A stretch of DNA of 64,000 nt from Leptogorgia sarmentosa (lineage: Eukaryota), in assembly GCA_964658305.1 (NCBI GenBank), contig OZ210884.1, forward strand, positions 1,674,001 to 1,738,000, read 5' to 3'. The notes beneath the pieces were generated by a model. The model was given only the letters and a program-made list of their open reading frames with translations. It did not search any database and was not told the origin of the DNA. A program made the translations under genes and the position numbers. Shown here one piece after another: positions 1 through 13,458 of the stretch (positions within the stretch are counted from its first letter, which is position 1; every line of letters begins with the position of its first letter).

Positions 1-105
1 CACCCACCGCCTGAACATCCGGGTAATGATGTCATACGACAATAAACGTTGGCGAAATTGTTGGGTGTTTCAGCTTTGATACGATAGACACCATTCTGCG
101 CATGA
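1..105 (-). CDS. Exon of a fibrinogen-related domain protein (FReD, coral USOMP5-like); runs off the left edge
   Basis: After the acceptor ttttcttcag (minus strand) the exon reads HAQNGVYRIKAETPNNFANVYCRMTSLPGCSGGG(W), matching the NGVYxI...VYCxM...GGGW motif at the start of fibrinogen C-terminal-like domains. Not in the ORF track. Confidence 0.8.
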
Positions 106-1460
106 CTGAAGAAAACATTGGTAAACGAAGTTAATTTAATACCGTGATCGAATATAACAGAAAATCGATAGCTATTAATTTTACATAATACAGGGTTGTA
201 AAAAATACTGAAAAAATGTCCTCTCAAAGTCCCTCTCAGCTTCCCAAAGCGGCTTGAGCGATGCGAATATTTTTGTTTATCTAGATTGCTTGGGTTGATT
301 TATAATGTCTAATAATTGGAAAAATTGTAATATAATAATTTAATTGTTGACCACCCAGTGGAGGGAAGAAGGGGGGGGGGGTGAATTTGGCAACAGACGA
401 AAAAGATTTTGCACACGAAATTTGACTCATCAGTAGTGATCCTGAGTTGCTTTAGGGAAAATATGTTCGGTGTTGTACTGCGGTTCAAAATTTCATCGTG
501 CAATTTCAAGTGTAAGTTCTTCAAAATGTCACGCAAAATTTAACTTTTACAATAATTAGCTTTATGCAGGCTGACTTTACACATTTAGCTGGTTTGCCTA
601 TGCCTTTACCTAGTTTCATTATCACTAGGAATAAGTAAACCTAGGCCTCGGAGTATAACACCATTTTCATAACGCGACTGCCATTAGTCCTATTATTAGA
701 GTTTTTTAAACGTTTTGAAAAACAACCAGAAATGTTCTACGCGGCTAAGTCTCGTAGTTAAATAATTATATAAAGTGACTGGAAACCCGATTTGTATACT
801 GGGTTGGAAAGTTGAGATAAGTTTCGAAGCTAAGCAGATTCAAAACACCCGCAAAATTTGCGCATTACGATATCACATTCACAGCTATTTTCCGCCAACA
901 CCATCTCCACCATCTTAAGGAAAATGCTCAAGTAAGGTGGAACATTTAATTGAAAATGACTGATTTATCCAGTTCTGGTTTTAGATCAGAAGCAATTAAG
1001 CTACTAAGAAAGTAAGGCATTCGACTTACTGATTTAAAGCCCGCTACAAGTCCTGGAATTCGTGAAAATACTTACTTATTCTCCAGTAAGGCTTGACGGC
1101 ATGAATCGTATACTATATATATTCAAACAAATGATATGTATTAAAACTAGCAAAAATAGGTTTTCCAGTTTAATGCAATAATGATGTCAGCATGACGTCA
1201 CAAAGAGTTTCAAATCTCTTTTACCATTTGTATATCTGAATTTATTTTCTTGTTATTTGAAAGATAAATTAGATGATGATTTTTGGCAAAATGGCCGACC
1301 CCATCTCCATACAGTTCATCGAAAAGTTGAAATCCCTCCCTGTCTCTCTCCCTCCCCTCTTACTACTTTCGCTCTACCTCCTCCCACCTATCATAGCAAA
1401 AAAATGTCACTCCATCAAGATTCTGTCATGCAACATTCATGTAGACTAATTTATTTTCAC

Positions 1461-1666
1461 CTTTATTACAAATTTCTTTTTTTGACAACATTTCGTTTAT
1501 TTGGTCCACCTTGCCATTCAGTTTGGAGATCTGATCTTTCATTGTTGACAAAAAGCTTCTTATCTCGTGAAGTTCGGGTTGGAGCGCACAGTTTTCACCA
1601 GTCGTATTCCGTCGTGTGAGACAGATTTCTTCATCAGTGCCGAGAGAAATTTGGACAGCACTGATG
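1461..1666 (-). CDS. Probable upstream exon of the same gene: end of signal peptide plus coiled coil
   Basis: Acceptor aacttttag and donor aag|gtgaaa flank a stop-free 206-nt frame: ISAVQISLGTDEEICLTRRNTTGENCALQPELHEIRSFLSTMKDQISKLNGKVDQINEMLSKKEICNK, with a heptad pattern. The linking exon(s) are unresolved. Confidence 0.55.
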
Positions 1667-2457
1667 CTAAAAGTTGATAATTATTCGGAAATTAATTATT
1701 TGCTAACACGATCTTTTACTTCGTTGGAAAATCTTCATGCAGGTGATTCTGGAATGCTAGAAAACATTTTTCCTGCACAGCATTGTATTAGTCCACAATG
1801 TGTGTTGTTGTCGAAGTAGCTACACTGACATCATCATACAAGACCTTTCCCCTTTCAGACGAACTTTTGAATTAAGAAATATTTCATTACTGGACATTAG
1901 CAAAAACAGCATCATAGCTAAAATAATTTAATAAAACCGTGAACCGTGAAAACAATATATGGTAAACGTTTTGAAATACAGGCATTTGAATTTTGCTAAT
2001 TTTGTATGCACGCACAGCGCAGTGATATTATGCAAAAGTTTAATACAAAGTTTGCAAATTTTTAAAAGACTGTATTTTCCACATTTTACGTTATTTTGCA
2101 ACCAAACTTCACAATTCTACTAAATTAATGATGCTCTTTCCAGCCGTGGTGATTAATTCCCCTAATTCGAAACCAGCCATTGCACTCGCCAGCTATAATT
2201 GACAGCATAGAATTGCGCATTTGGAGTAGATACACTTATAGGCCATGAGGTTATTACTGAAACATTCCTTCTTCGCGTAAAAGTCAGATTTCATGCATGG
2301 CAATCGAATTAAATTCAGCGGATAAACAAGACGCATTTTTCACCGTTGGACTGCGTGCAAAAGAATTAGCGAATGCGATTAAGTGTTAAAAATATACGCT
2401 TCGTAGTAGTTGTTGCTTCCTGCATGGGACCGCGGTTGTACGAAAGTCGGGTAACTT

Positions 2458-2652
2458 TATCCATCGGATAGTGATTCTTTCAACTGTTGTAGAAATACAC
2501 AAAAAGCTATGAAACTGGAGATATAAAATTAAACTTCATCAACTTTAAAATATCAAAGTTTAATTATCTGAATTGAATGGATCAACGGATTGTTTTAGGA
2601 AGCTTGAAAAAGTCGCTATCCGATGAATAGCGCTATTCAGTACTACCGGCCC
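2458..2652. mobile_element. Degenerate PIF/Harbinger-like MITE remnant
   Basis: Inverted pair tatccatcggatagtgattctttcaa / ttgaaaaagtcgctatccgatgaata; right end ...ccggccc resembles the termini of the 5963-6201 element. Confidence 0.4.
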
Positions 2653-5624
2653 GTCGCTGCCAGATAGCGGCTGTGAGCGCACTCTACTGTAGGTATTTAT
2701 TGGAAATTCGCTTTCCAGGCGAAATTTAAAGGTAAAATCTGCGCTGAGGCGTTCTTTATCCAACTGTATGGTTTCTAGACGAAATTTGATCTACTCCATG
2801 CAAACAAAACCTCTTTTGTGCGTACTAAATACAAAAACAGCGCTGTAGCCACGACAACGATATATATGAATAAAAAATATGTTTCGCTTCATATAATAAA
2901 TTATGATTTCATGAGAATTTTTAAGTTTGTCTGCCCACTGAGAAACCCCTAAACTTCAAAATTTATATTTCGAACAAAGCTGAGCGCAAGGTACGTGACA
3001 GTACATACCGAAAATCTTCGTCTTAACTGCTACTAGTCTAACGAACCGGAGAGTATTCAAACATGAATAGCACGTCGGAGTGTGGATAGCAGGCATGCAG
3101 CTGCAGCAATAACGAAACACGGCAAAATATCGCCCTTGTGAAATATTCTTCATTAGATTATCATAAACATATAATGGTGTTTTATTATTTAGACCATTTA
3201 TATACAATTTTAAAAACAGCTAGATCGAACTTGCTAAAGACCACAGTTAACGGCTGGAAGCAAGCGTATACTCACATTTCAAAATAAAGCAAGATCAAAG
3301 CAAATTCAGGAACGCCAGTTCTCTTCATGATGCGAATCGGATTCGAACTGATTATTATTTTGTTCTTCAAGTTCTAATATGTGCGTTACGAGGTTGCATA
3401 ATATTTCATGAACATCAAAGTTAAATTTTCCAGGAAAGCTAAACATTTCGCACGTCACGGGAAAGATAAGCGTCATTCTTTGCTTTAAATAGGAATAAAG
3501 TAAGCAAAATTTTCAAATACGCACATTATCAAGTGTCCTTTTTCATTAGGCATGACAGAATATTTTGTACAAAAGCCAGATATGTTTGCATGTAACAAGG
3601 GCATTGTAAAAATACATCTTTGTACCTAGATGTGTGTATGCATATGGATTTAATTGCCGTCAATCTTTCTTTTTTTCATATACTCATATGTTATGTATAA
3701 CGTCACACAAAGCTTATTTCGTTTTATTTCTCTGTTTAATTCAGTCAGTTCATAAATCTAAGTCAAGAATTCATATATATTCCTATAAAGAATTGAAAAA
3801 TTATATAGTCTCATTTTGGAAGTCTCCGGAAAATTTGACGTTAACGAAATAGTTCGCAATCATTGCCTCCTCGCGTGAACAAATAAATTTATAATCTGTT
3901 TGCAATAGCATACCGAACGTTATGTAATTTTATCTTCCTTCAGCTCAAAACTATAGCAACAGGTCTTGTTGTTAAAATATTTCAATACACTTTTTTATAT
4001 GCAGTATTATTGCCGTCGTATGTGTAGTCTGATAAGAATCCCTGCGCCGCTTTTGTATTATTAATCTTTAATGACGGCAGAAGGAATAATGATAAAATCC
4101 GTTCCTTCTCCAAAAATAGCTAGCTACGTCTTCCTTCCTTGTGCATTGTATAGATCATCGTAAACAAAGCGAAATGGCAAGTCATTGCACTGTATGTATA
4201 TAAGACGATCTGGAAAATATCATGCTGTTGCTAGCCATCACCGATGTCATCACCTTTCCGCAAATAAATTTAATGTAGGAATTGTTTTCGGTGATATTTT
4301 AGAATTAATGATGGTAGTGTTTTCGTACACACGCTGTGAAACTGAATTAACGAATTATTTATACCGTACAAGACTAAAGTAGATCGATTGACATAAAATG
4401 GCTAGAATTTTTGCAATGAATTAAATTTTTAAACTTCAAACCTATATGGAGAATGTCAACTACCTTTTTTCATTAGGCATGACAGAAAGAGGAATATTTT
4501 ATGCAAAAGCCAGATACTATGTTTGCATGCATGTTACATGTAACAAGTGCATGTTTGAAAAATACATCTTTGTACCTTACACGTGTGTATGCTGATGGAT
4601 TTGCCGTCAATCTTTCTTTTGGATATTTCGCGCGGTTGATAACATAATTATAACGTCACACAGAGTTTATTTCGTTTTATTTCTCTTTTTAATTCGGTCA
4701 GTTCATAAATCAAAGTCAAGAATTCATGTATATTCCCATAAAGAACTGAAAAACTATATATTCTCATTTTGGACGTCTCTAAACGTTATTTAAAATAATC
4801 TAAAACTGTCTGGAGAACTGTGGTAATACCCTAAAACAAACATGAGATGGAGAGCTGGAACGAGGGTTCATAGTACAACACATGAACGCTGATTGGTGGA
4901 TTCAACATCGTGCCACTTTGCTGTTCACGTGGACAAAGACCCCCTAGACTGCTATAGTGCTCATCTCAACTCAAGTCAATGGCCGTATCTATAAAACATA
5001 CAAATATAAATACGAATGAAAAGGCTATGAAATTCAAACAAGAAGAACTAAACGGAGAACACGTACAGTAAACAGTAAACGAAAAGGACGAATATAGAAG
5101 CCGGAAATTTGACATTAAGACCCTGGTGCGTTTTCAAATGTATGTGTAAATAAAACGCTCCAAAACGCTTATTCATTCGTAGTGCGACGTAAATCAGTAA
5201 TTTCCGTATGTTCGAAGTTTGTTAATTTTAGCATCTAATTCTAATTCTTGGTCTACATTATACAAAGCCGATTTCTTACTCGGATTGGACCCGTGGATAA
5301 CCGAGATAAAATGGGTGATCTGAGAACAGCTATACCTCTATTTGTCTTCGGTATGAAGTCATCATGTTGTCGTATAAAGCAAAATTTGATTGCAAGCAAA
5401 CAATTACGTTCGCCAGATACATAAGAAATTCACAAGGTCGTGCGACTAATTTCGTCGTGCATCGTGCATTTCGTTTCGTGCATCGAAATGTATGCGTTTT
5501 CAAACGAAAACGCACTAGTGATTGATTGTCTCCTCGTGTGAATAAATAAAGTTATAATCAGTTGATAATAACCGGATGTTATAGCTATGTTCTATAATGT
5601 AGCTTAATTTCATTTTCCTTCAGC

Positions 5625-5912
5625 CAGTGGCTGAAAGGGCCAAGGCCCCCCAGCGAGGTTTCAGACAGTGGCGCAGAAAAGCCGGTGGGGCCCCAGAATC
5701 ATCAAGATGGGCCTGTCTAAATTTAAATTCTGAAATTTCGGAGACCCAGAATTTAAAAAGTTGTCGGGGGAGCATGTCCCCATCCAGATCGCTCGTGTCT
5801 ACGGCACTCGTCACTAATTTTCTAGAAGATGGGGCGCCAGTTTGGCATAATTCTTAGGGGCGCTAAATTTCACATTGGCCCCCCTTGAAATTTCCCAGCC
5901 ACCACGCCACTG
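5625..5912. mobile_element. hAT-type MITE
   Basis: Termini cagtggc...gccactg; 8-bp TSD ccttcagc at 5617-5624 and 5913-5920. Confidence 0.85.
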
Positions 5913-5962
5913 CCTTCAGCTTGGATAAGAATTCTTGCGCTTTTTTGTATCATTGATCTCTG

Positions 5963-6201
5963 GGGCCGGTTGTAAGAAAGGCGTTTAGCTTAAACGGTGG
6001 ATAAGTTAAAAATATCGAACAAGTTTATAAACTATAGTCTATAAGGAAACTAAACTTTTCCGTCTAAACACGACAACTATGCTTAGAACTACACATTTAG
6101 TTGATAAAATTTAGGTTCAATTATTTACAAAACGAATAGGAGTGTTTTCAAAATTTTGCTTATCCACAGTTTAAGCTAAACGCCTTTGATACAACCGTCC
6201 C
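5963..6201. mobile_element. PIF/Harbinger-type MITE
   Basis: ~42-bp TIRs gggccggttgtaagaaaggcgtttagcttaaacggtggataag / cttatccacagtttaagctaaacgcctttgatacaaccgtccc; 3-bp CTG TSD. Confidence 0.85.
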
Positions 6202-7794
6202 CTGATGGCGGCGGAAAGAATGTAAAATCCGCTCAAACTCTAAGAATACGTCTTTTGTGCGTTGTTTTGTTCTTGCAAACAAAACGAAACGGCAAGTGAC
6301 TGTATGTAAATAAGAATATCTGGACAATATCATGCTATTGAACGCTAGCTGCCTAGCCATCACATATTTCATCATCTTTTCGCAAATAAATTTTAATTAA
6401 TATTATTGTTTCACTGTATACACTCAATCTGATCGAGTAATCAACCCGTTACAACAAAATAATTAGATTGTAATCCATTTCAGCATTTGATTTTCTCCCA
6501 TTCAGTCACTTCGTCATCTTTTTGAATTTTTTGTCTTCGCTTATTGGATCCTAAGTTCAGCCGAAAATATGTCAGCCAATTATTATCCTCGCACTAGGCT
6601 AACGCCCGGACGGCGCCGTGGCTCTGGGATGAATACGAGCTAGCCTCTCAATGATCCATCTTCCGTGGTCACTGTTCCATCAAACTACGGGTCACCTCAG
6701 GCAACTATTCATTTATACACGAGGGCCACGTTGTGATTCTGCATCTCACTGCCAGCAAACAAAAATCAACTGACAGAAAAAAATCAACAAAAACAGAACT
6801 TATGCATTTGTGAGTTATTAAAATCGACCGGCCGGCTGTACGCCGCCTCCATGTTGATTTTTTTGGCGACAATTTTCTTTTAAGTGGGCGGTTGTTGCGA
6901 GGGGACAAACTGGCCAAATTGAAAAAACACAACATGCCGAATACTACAATAATAATAGAAAATAAAGTGCCAAAAATTTATATCCTGCGCCTGTTTTTTC
7001 GTTGCCCGTATAAACGAAACTAGCTTTTATAATTATATAGCTGAAATTAGCTTATATAATTAAACTGTGGATAAGGCCATGCAGAATATCAAGCAAGACT
7101 AGGAATTCAAAAGAACACAGCTTATGTATACAACTACATATTCTCATTTTCACTGTTTATAATAATGCTAATAGGAGTTTAATTAAAATTTTACTTCACG
7201 GTCGTTGAAGTTAAACTGCCTATAAATGATTGGTCCCTGACGTACTTAGAGAGAGAGAGAAAAGAAACAATTGTTCTTTTAAACAAATATGCAAATGCAA
7301 AATCAACAGTGTATCTAAGATATCGCTTGTCCATCGAACAAGAATTTAGTTAAACAACAAAAAGACAATTACGTTTTTCGTATGCAGTAACTAGTTCTCT
7401 TGTGTGAGCTAGGCTTGCGGTTACCAAGCAAGTTTTAAATTCATTTGGTATGAATTCCACTTATACTGTAACGCCAAAAAATATCAAGCCAAGCATAAAA
7501 ACATTGGGCTTCTTTTCTACAGGGTGTCCCAAAAGAAAATTGAACCTGCATGGATAAATTAATTATGCATTCGATGAAATTTGCATTCACGAACATTATA
7601 TGTCTAAACATGATAACTATATGCCAATAACTATACATTTAAGACGAACAAGAATGTCTTAAATTTTTCCACTTTCATCGATTGAGCAAAACGTTTTTGA
7701 TACTGCCGGCCTCAGATTACTGGGCAAAATTATATAACAATTAAGGTATAGGACGAAAGTGGTATTTGATACATATAAATCCATCTATCTCATA

Positions 7795-8670
7795 TCATTT
7801 ATATAAGCCGCTGAAAGGGGCACCGCCACTTTTGCCACCTATGTTTATCCTTGTTCTAACACTACCATGTATATCGACACAGTGGTTGTGATAGGTTCTT
7901 AGGTACTTACAAGGATTGAGGACTTTCATTTTCATTCGTTTTTTTAAAACCCATATGAAGACATTGTCTCCCCCCATAACATGCATGTTATAATTAAACT
8001 CAGACAACGTGGACTCATCTATGCGTTGCGTCAAGACAAATAGATATGTATCGTGCGAACCAACGTATCCTCCTTGATCGCAATATCCAGGTTTTCCTGC
8101 CATATTACACCGTTGTTCTTGCCGTCCATTGCGGGTCAACGCGTATGATATATTCCGTTTTACCATCAAAGTCTTATTTAAATTCTCGAATCCTTCTCCA
8201 AGGTAAATATCCATATTTGTTATAGCGACAAGCCTGTTTTGAAGTCTTTCATTCACGTAGTCCAAAAAGTCCCTATATTTAGGTAACGCGTGAATGGGAT
8301 GTATAAGTATTTTGTCCTTATTGTAGAATGGCAAGTTCTTCAATCTTTCCTGAGCCGACGGTTGATTTACGAGCAGATGGATAGTTTTAACAAAGGCATG
8401 GTTAAGATTTCTCTGTAAGGCTTCCTCTAATTCCAGCTGTCTTTGCCATAATCGGGACCTGTCAGCATCTGTTTGATTTTCATTCCAGGGCTTTTCCGTC
8501 ATCAGCGGGTAGTTGGTTAACAAGTGGATTTCGGTTGATTCCTCATTCGTAGGTTTTATGAGATAATGCTCCCTCCAATCTGGATTTAGCCATAGCTGTC
8601 GGCATATGACGAATATTGTTCCAGAAACCAGAGCAAATACCAACAATTGTTTCTCTTTCGATACAAACAT
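7795..8670 (-). CDS. Single-coding-exon type II membrane protein, putative GT-A fold glycosyltransferase-like
   Basis: 291-aa ORF with an N-terminal TM helix (LLVFALVSGTIFVIC), a DxD-like ITNMDIY, then YALTR, GSHDTYLF, GGDN and NPC...HNH motifs. Confidence 0.8.
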   Translation of the reverse strand: MFVSKEKQLLVFALVSGTIFVICRQLWLNPDWREHYLIKPTNEESTEIHLLTNYPLMTEKPWNENQTDADRSRLWQRQLELEEALQRNLNHAFVKTIHLLVNQPSAQERLKNLPFYNKDKILIHPIHALPKYRDFLDYVNERLQNRLVAITNMDIYLGEGFENLNKTLMVKRNISYALTRNGRQEQRCNMAGKPGYCDQGGYVGSHDTYLFVLTQRIDESTLSEFNYNMHVMGGDNVFIWVLKKRMKMKVLNPCKYLRTYHNHCVDIHGSVRTRINIGGKSGGAPFSGLYK

Positions 8671-10476
8671 GTTCTGTTTATAATATTATTCTTATAAAGG
8701 ATAATTATAGATATATAAATGGAACACAGACTTTCGTTTTGAAATCGGTTGTCCCAATAGGAAGGCGTCGATTGATTGTGGAAGAGATAAATAGTGACGC
8801 AGGCATCCTAACACTTTGATTCCGCCATGCAAATTTTAAATCATTAGCATTATTAATCTTCAAATTAATATCATAGACTCCGTTTTGCGATTTTCGATCT
8901 GTGAATACGAATATATGAAAATGAGCCCCCGATATATGATCGATCCTCTGATCGATAATTGATCGGTTTTTCACCGCTACTCTTGGCAATGTATAGTACT
9001 TCTAATTAAATACTTATAGCCCGATACTTTTCATCGACGATTCGAGAGAAGGTTGTTTGCATTGGTTGCACAGCGGCATAAAGTGTGAGAGAGGTGGGGC
9101 TACAACCCCCCTCCCCATTATTGTCGTCTGTAAAACTCACTAACTCGGTCTCAAAAATGTAGTGTTAAATCTTTGAAATGGACGTTTCCAGCGATTTAGC
9201 GGCTTTCGAAGCTCAGAATCTTTCGTCGGAAAAACGTAAAATTTCTTAAATTAAAATGTGAACAGATTGAATTCGCTCTTCATCCATAATTTTGCCATAA
9301 TTTTGAGATCAGTGATGACCACCCTTCGGCGATAGTCCAAAATGGCGGCCAACTGAGGAACTTCAGGCTACGCTCTGCTGTCCTTTAAAGGGTTTAAATA
9401 GCCGTGCGGAATTATTACCCTCGCGCAGCGAGTTCATGCCCTGGACTTGGGGATAAATATGGATTCTGTTTTTGGCAACTGAGTGATTTAGAGATTTATG
9501 GCCTATTCCCTGTTAAAACAGTCACGTCAGATAGTAAACGAAATCATTTGTGTTGCGCCAATTATTACGAAATAAAATTCATCTACTGCATTGTCTGCCG
9601 AAAAAAGGAATAAGTGTCAAAGATAAGTGGCAATTTAGATATATTTCGCTGGTGTGTTTGCCATTGTAAGTTGGTGAATATCGAATATTCGGGATCTCTA
9701 CGGACTCAACATTCTTCTTCATGCTCGTTGTGTAGGATCACAATTCGAAACAAAGATCGTACAGACGAGCCAACAGTGATGTAGTTACTGTATACATTAT
9801 TATAATTCTAGTACAAGTGAGGGACGTAAGAATCGGAGGGTGGGGGAACGAAGCTGTAGGGGGCATGGAACCCCCCAAAAATTCTGGATTTAAAAAAAAG
9901 GCCGTACCTTTGTCAACAATCTTTCATTTTTTATACCCAAAGAAGGCAACTAAAAAGGGCGAGTTTGGACTCCGAAATGGTCATTTCCGATCTGGAGACC
10001 CTAAATGTTCAAAATTTTCCGTTTTTAAAACGTTCGTACGTCACTGAAATAAGTACTCATTATGATGTGAATGATAATATTATCATCAATAGGTCAGTAT
10101 TGCTAAATTATCAACTACTTTACATCATTGCTTTTCTTTACCGAAACGTTTTGCAATGAAAATATAAATTTCTGAAAATGCCGATTCCAATGAGACTCAA
10201 CTGCAAATTTTTCGCGGGCTTCGCATTGGAATTATCAAACAAAATAATTATATTTGGAAGGCTTTAAACTGATCACTAAGCTAGCAAAAAGCATGTGAAA
10301 TTTATTCAATAAACCTTTGTCGTGCATTTAACTTCATTCTTGTTTTCGTATTAAAAAGAGTGCAATAGTGGTTAAACGTGGTTATTAAATGCAGGGGGGC
10401 GGTTTCCTGACACAAGATTGTGAATGAAGATTATTTGTTGCTGTGGCGCGATTTATCTGTTGCTGATTGTGCCATG

Positions 10477-10801
10477 TTAAAAGGCCTTAAAAAACAGTTT
10501 AAAAACGTTTGCCATCATATCTGAGACGTTTTTGAAAAGTCATGAAAAAAGTTAAGGTTAACCCCAAGTCTTTACTTTTTGGTCGATTTTGGGCACTAAT
10601 TCAACTATTTTAAAATCGTTTTAAAATGATTCAAAAACACTTAAAAGGCCTTAAAAAACAGTTTAAAAGCGTTTGCCATCATATCTGAGACGTTTTTGAA
10701 AAGTCATGAAAAGAGTTAAGGTTAACCCCTTTACTTTGTGGTCGATTTTGGGCACTTTTTTAACTATTTTAAAATCGTTTTAAAATGATTCAAAAACACT
10801 T
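10477..10801. repeat. Two-copy tandem repeat, ~160-164-bp unit
   Basis: ttaaaaggccttaaaaa...gattcaaaaacac occurs at 10477-10640 and 10641-10801, nearly identical. Confidence 0.9.
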
Positions 10802-11569
10802 GAACAAACGACAACAAACCAAAAACTGTTAGTAACCCTGTATTTTTAAGCAAATCTATTAAAGAAGACACATAATTTTTATTTAGGCGCAAATAAACCG
10901 CCAAACTAAAAAAACAATATGACAGTTTTGAAAGTTATCGCTCAGTAGCCCGCTAATGATTTCACCGACTGAGCCAGGTTCACGCCATCTCGAGCATTCT
11001 TCAATGCACGTTCCCATCTATCCCAATCAGTGCATTTGGAGGAGATATCATTATCTTCGTAGAAAGTGAATTTCCCCCATACATGTTCACCTTGCCAGAA
11101 CTGAGGACCAGATTTCTGATATAGGAAAGTCGCTTCACACCACCTTCGTAAAGAAATAATCATTCAGTAAGGCTTAAGAATATTTATACATACAGTATAT
11201 ATAAGTCCCGTTGCTTTTGATATAGCCAAAAACAGATTTTTAAATCAGATTCCAGATTATAATTACGTTCCATTTCGCAAAATCCTGAACTTCTTTCAAC
11301 CAATTTTCGTAACAACCCATTTATGTTTTGTATGCGTTTGGAATTGCTCTACAAACACGCGCGCCTTAACAAATTTTAGTGGCATATGTCACCAAGAAAT
11401 AGCTATTAGTAATATTATATTGTAACAAATTGCCACTTTAGAACCACATTTTTTAAGTACTGTTGCTACAACCTGATCGGGTAGCTAATTGGCTCTTTCC
11501 CCCAATAGGCCGTCTCTGCTGAGAGCTAATCTGTAATGCCAAAACTGGAGATTCTATAGAAGTACATAT

Positions 11570-12060
11570 AGCAATTTGGTATAAATCTTGAAGTGACTAT
11601 AAAAATTCCTGCAATTTGATTGGACAAGAATTGATTTCTCAAGATTTTAATTAATGTCATCTCATAATTAAAATTCAAAATGGTCGCTAGGTTTGCTGAA
11701 GTTTCGCAGGAGGAAATTGACAAAATTAAACAAGAAAGCATCCCCAAGAAAACCAAACAAGCCGAAAAAAATGTTTAAAAATCATTCAAAGTAAAATATT
11801 TTATTTAGTGTTATTTTTATGCAACAAAACTGGCTTTTTTCACTAGCAAAGTGGTGATATGAGCGTGACTTATTTTATGTGAACAAACTATAAACAAGGT
11901 AAACAAGGTAAACAAAACTTGAATTTCTACTTAACAGACAGTTTGAATTAAATCAGTTTGACCTGGAAATTTGTACTAAAACAATTAGTCGCCTCAGGCT
12001 CCGTGATTAGATGCCTATATTCACTGACGGCGAAGTCACTGATATGTATAATTGTTAAAT
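11570..12060 (+). mobile_element. Crypton-like (tyrosine recombinase transposon) non-autonomous element with an ORF-start remnant
   Basis: ATG at 11680 reads MVARFAEVSQEEIDKIKQESIPKKTKQA, matching the RFxxxSxEEI...PKxT N-terminus of Crypton/DUF3504-type recombinases; tgattgg motif near the left end. Boundaries approximate. Confidence 0.6.
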
Positions 12061-13152
12061 AGCCGAACATTTTAGCAGCGAAACCTCATAGGCCATATAT
12101 ACTTTCCCAGGCAGAGATCACACTTGGTTAGTAAGTCTTTAAAAGTCAATGTCCCAAGCATTGTTTTCCGCTTTATTTACATAATACGTACTGTATGACG
12201 TACTGATCGTGAGAGTCCAGAAGAATTTTGGCAAGGACGATGTTTTGCGAAAAAGAAATGTGTATTAAACTTGTGCATACACGCACGCAGTGTGAGATGG
12301 TTTGGTATGACTGGAATGACATGCATAATTGCTTTTGACCAATATTAGCTATATCGTAAACGGACTTTTCGAAGACTAATATATCATGATCTATTTGTCG
12401 TTAATGACGTCTCAGTTGAACATTGACTACAACGAAAATTAAATTGCATAATTATATATAAGTCACCCAATTAAACTTTTACAAAATTAATAATATTTAC
12501 TCAGCATAAATCGGAAAGACCAATAATTATAATTTCCTAGTTGTTCCATGCAGTATATCAATAAGTCGATTTGTTGAAAAAAAAGCTTGCTGAATAGCAA
12601 TAGGCAGTTAGAAACAAAGTGACCAAGCTTAAAGCCCACACGACAGAATAATGAAAATATCTCGGGAAACGTTGCTACATTGTGGGATTTTTACTTCACG
12701 GTGAAATCGCATGATAATATATAGGACATAATCGCTATAGATAAGTGCGAGTTCTTTGTGTGTGATTCATTTCACCCAAGCCGTCATTGGAAGCAACATC
12801 TCACGTCAGTTTCCTGTTCGAATGTACCCTCCCTTCTCACCCTATTTCTTTTTCGTTTGCCTGATGCTTTTGTTGGTGGCCGCTAATTTATCATATTATA
12901 TGCTCAAAGTGGTGTGCCGTATTTATGAATCGTTTTCAAATGGGTATTTAGCGTCTACTTCTTACAGAGAAAACGAAGCTCACCAGCACTGCAAATCGAT
13001 CCCCAGTTGAGGGCGGTTATGGAAAACTACAATTATTGCATGAAAAGAGGCGACGAAAATATTTTTAACTGTTTGGTACATAATTATTGGATTGAATATG
13101 AGAATGTTGCTTTTTTGTGGAATGTCCGGCTTGTAAAGAAATGTTTACTTTT

Positions 13153-13458
13153 TTAAGAAACGTTGTTAGGTCGTAATATATACCTGTGCTCAGCTCCGCA
13201 CCCAGTTCGTAGTTCGTTTCCTGGATTGTCAATATCTCGGGCCCTGAAGCGAACTTCGCGATTGCTGACTGGAAACATGACGGTAACTTGGGGCTGGCTG
13301 GAACTCACTTTAACGAAGTGCTCTTGGTTGAAACGATCAATCCATTTAAATCCATTGTATGGAGCTTCGCCTCGAAGACGATCCTCAGTGAACGAGTTTA
13401 CATCAGCAGTGAGGCCAGTCTCTTTGATTCGTAAATAATTTGGCCCTTGGTGAGTCAT
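13153..13458 (-). CDS. Possible small orphan protein, 101 aa
   Basis: GC-richer than its flanks, with protein-like composition and a candidate acceptor (ttttggtcacag) about 28 nt before the ATG. No family recognised. Confidence 0.4.
   Translation of the reverse strand: MTHQGPNYLRIKETGLTADVNSFTEDRLRGEAPYNGFKWIDRFNQEHFVKVSSSQPQVTVMFPVSNREVRFRARDIDNPGNELRTGCGAEHRYILRPNNVS

Larger units (their letters stand above)
3537..6410. repeat. Old local tandem duplication (copy 1 ~3537-4330; copy 2 ~4463-6410, expanded by insertions)
   Basis: Shared collinear blocks, e.g. tttcattaggcatgacagaa, gtcagttcataaatc, ttccttcagc, gataagaat, ggcaagt...tatcatgct. Copy 1 lacks the two MITEs found in copy 2. Confidence 0.75.

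Noticed and set aside
6575..9430. Short matches (6580-6630, 9293-9425) to 41250-41420, and 11010-11065 to 40718-40775
   Set aside because: Fragments of dispersed repeats without definable ends; not informative beyond that.
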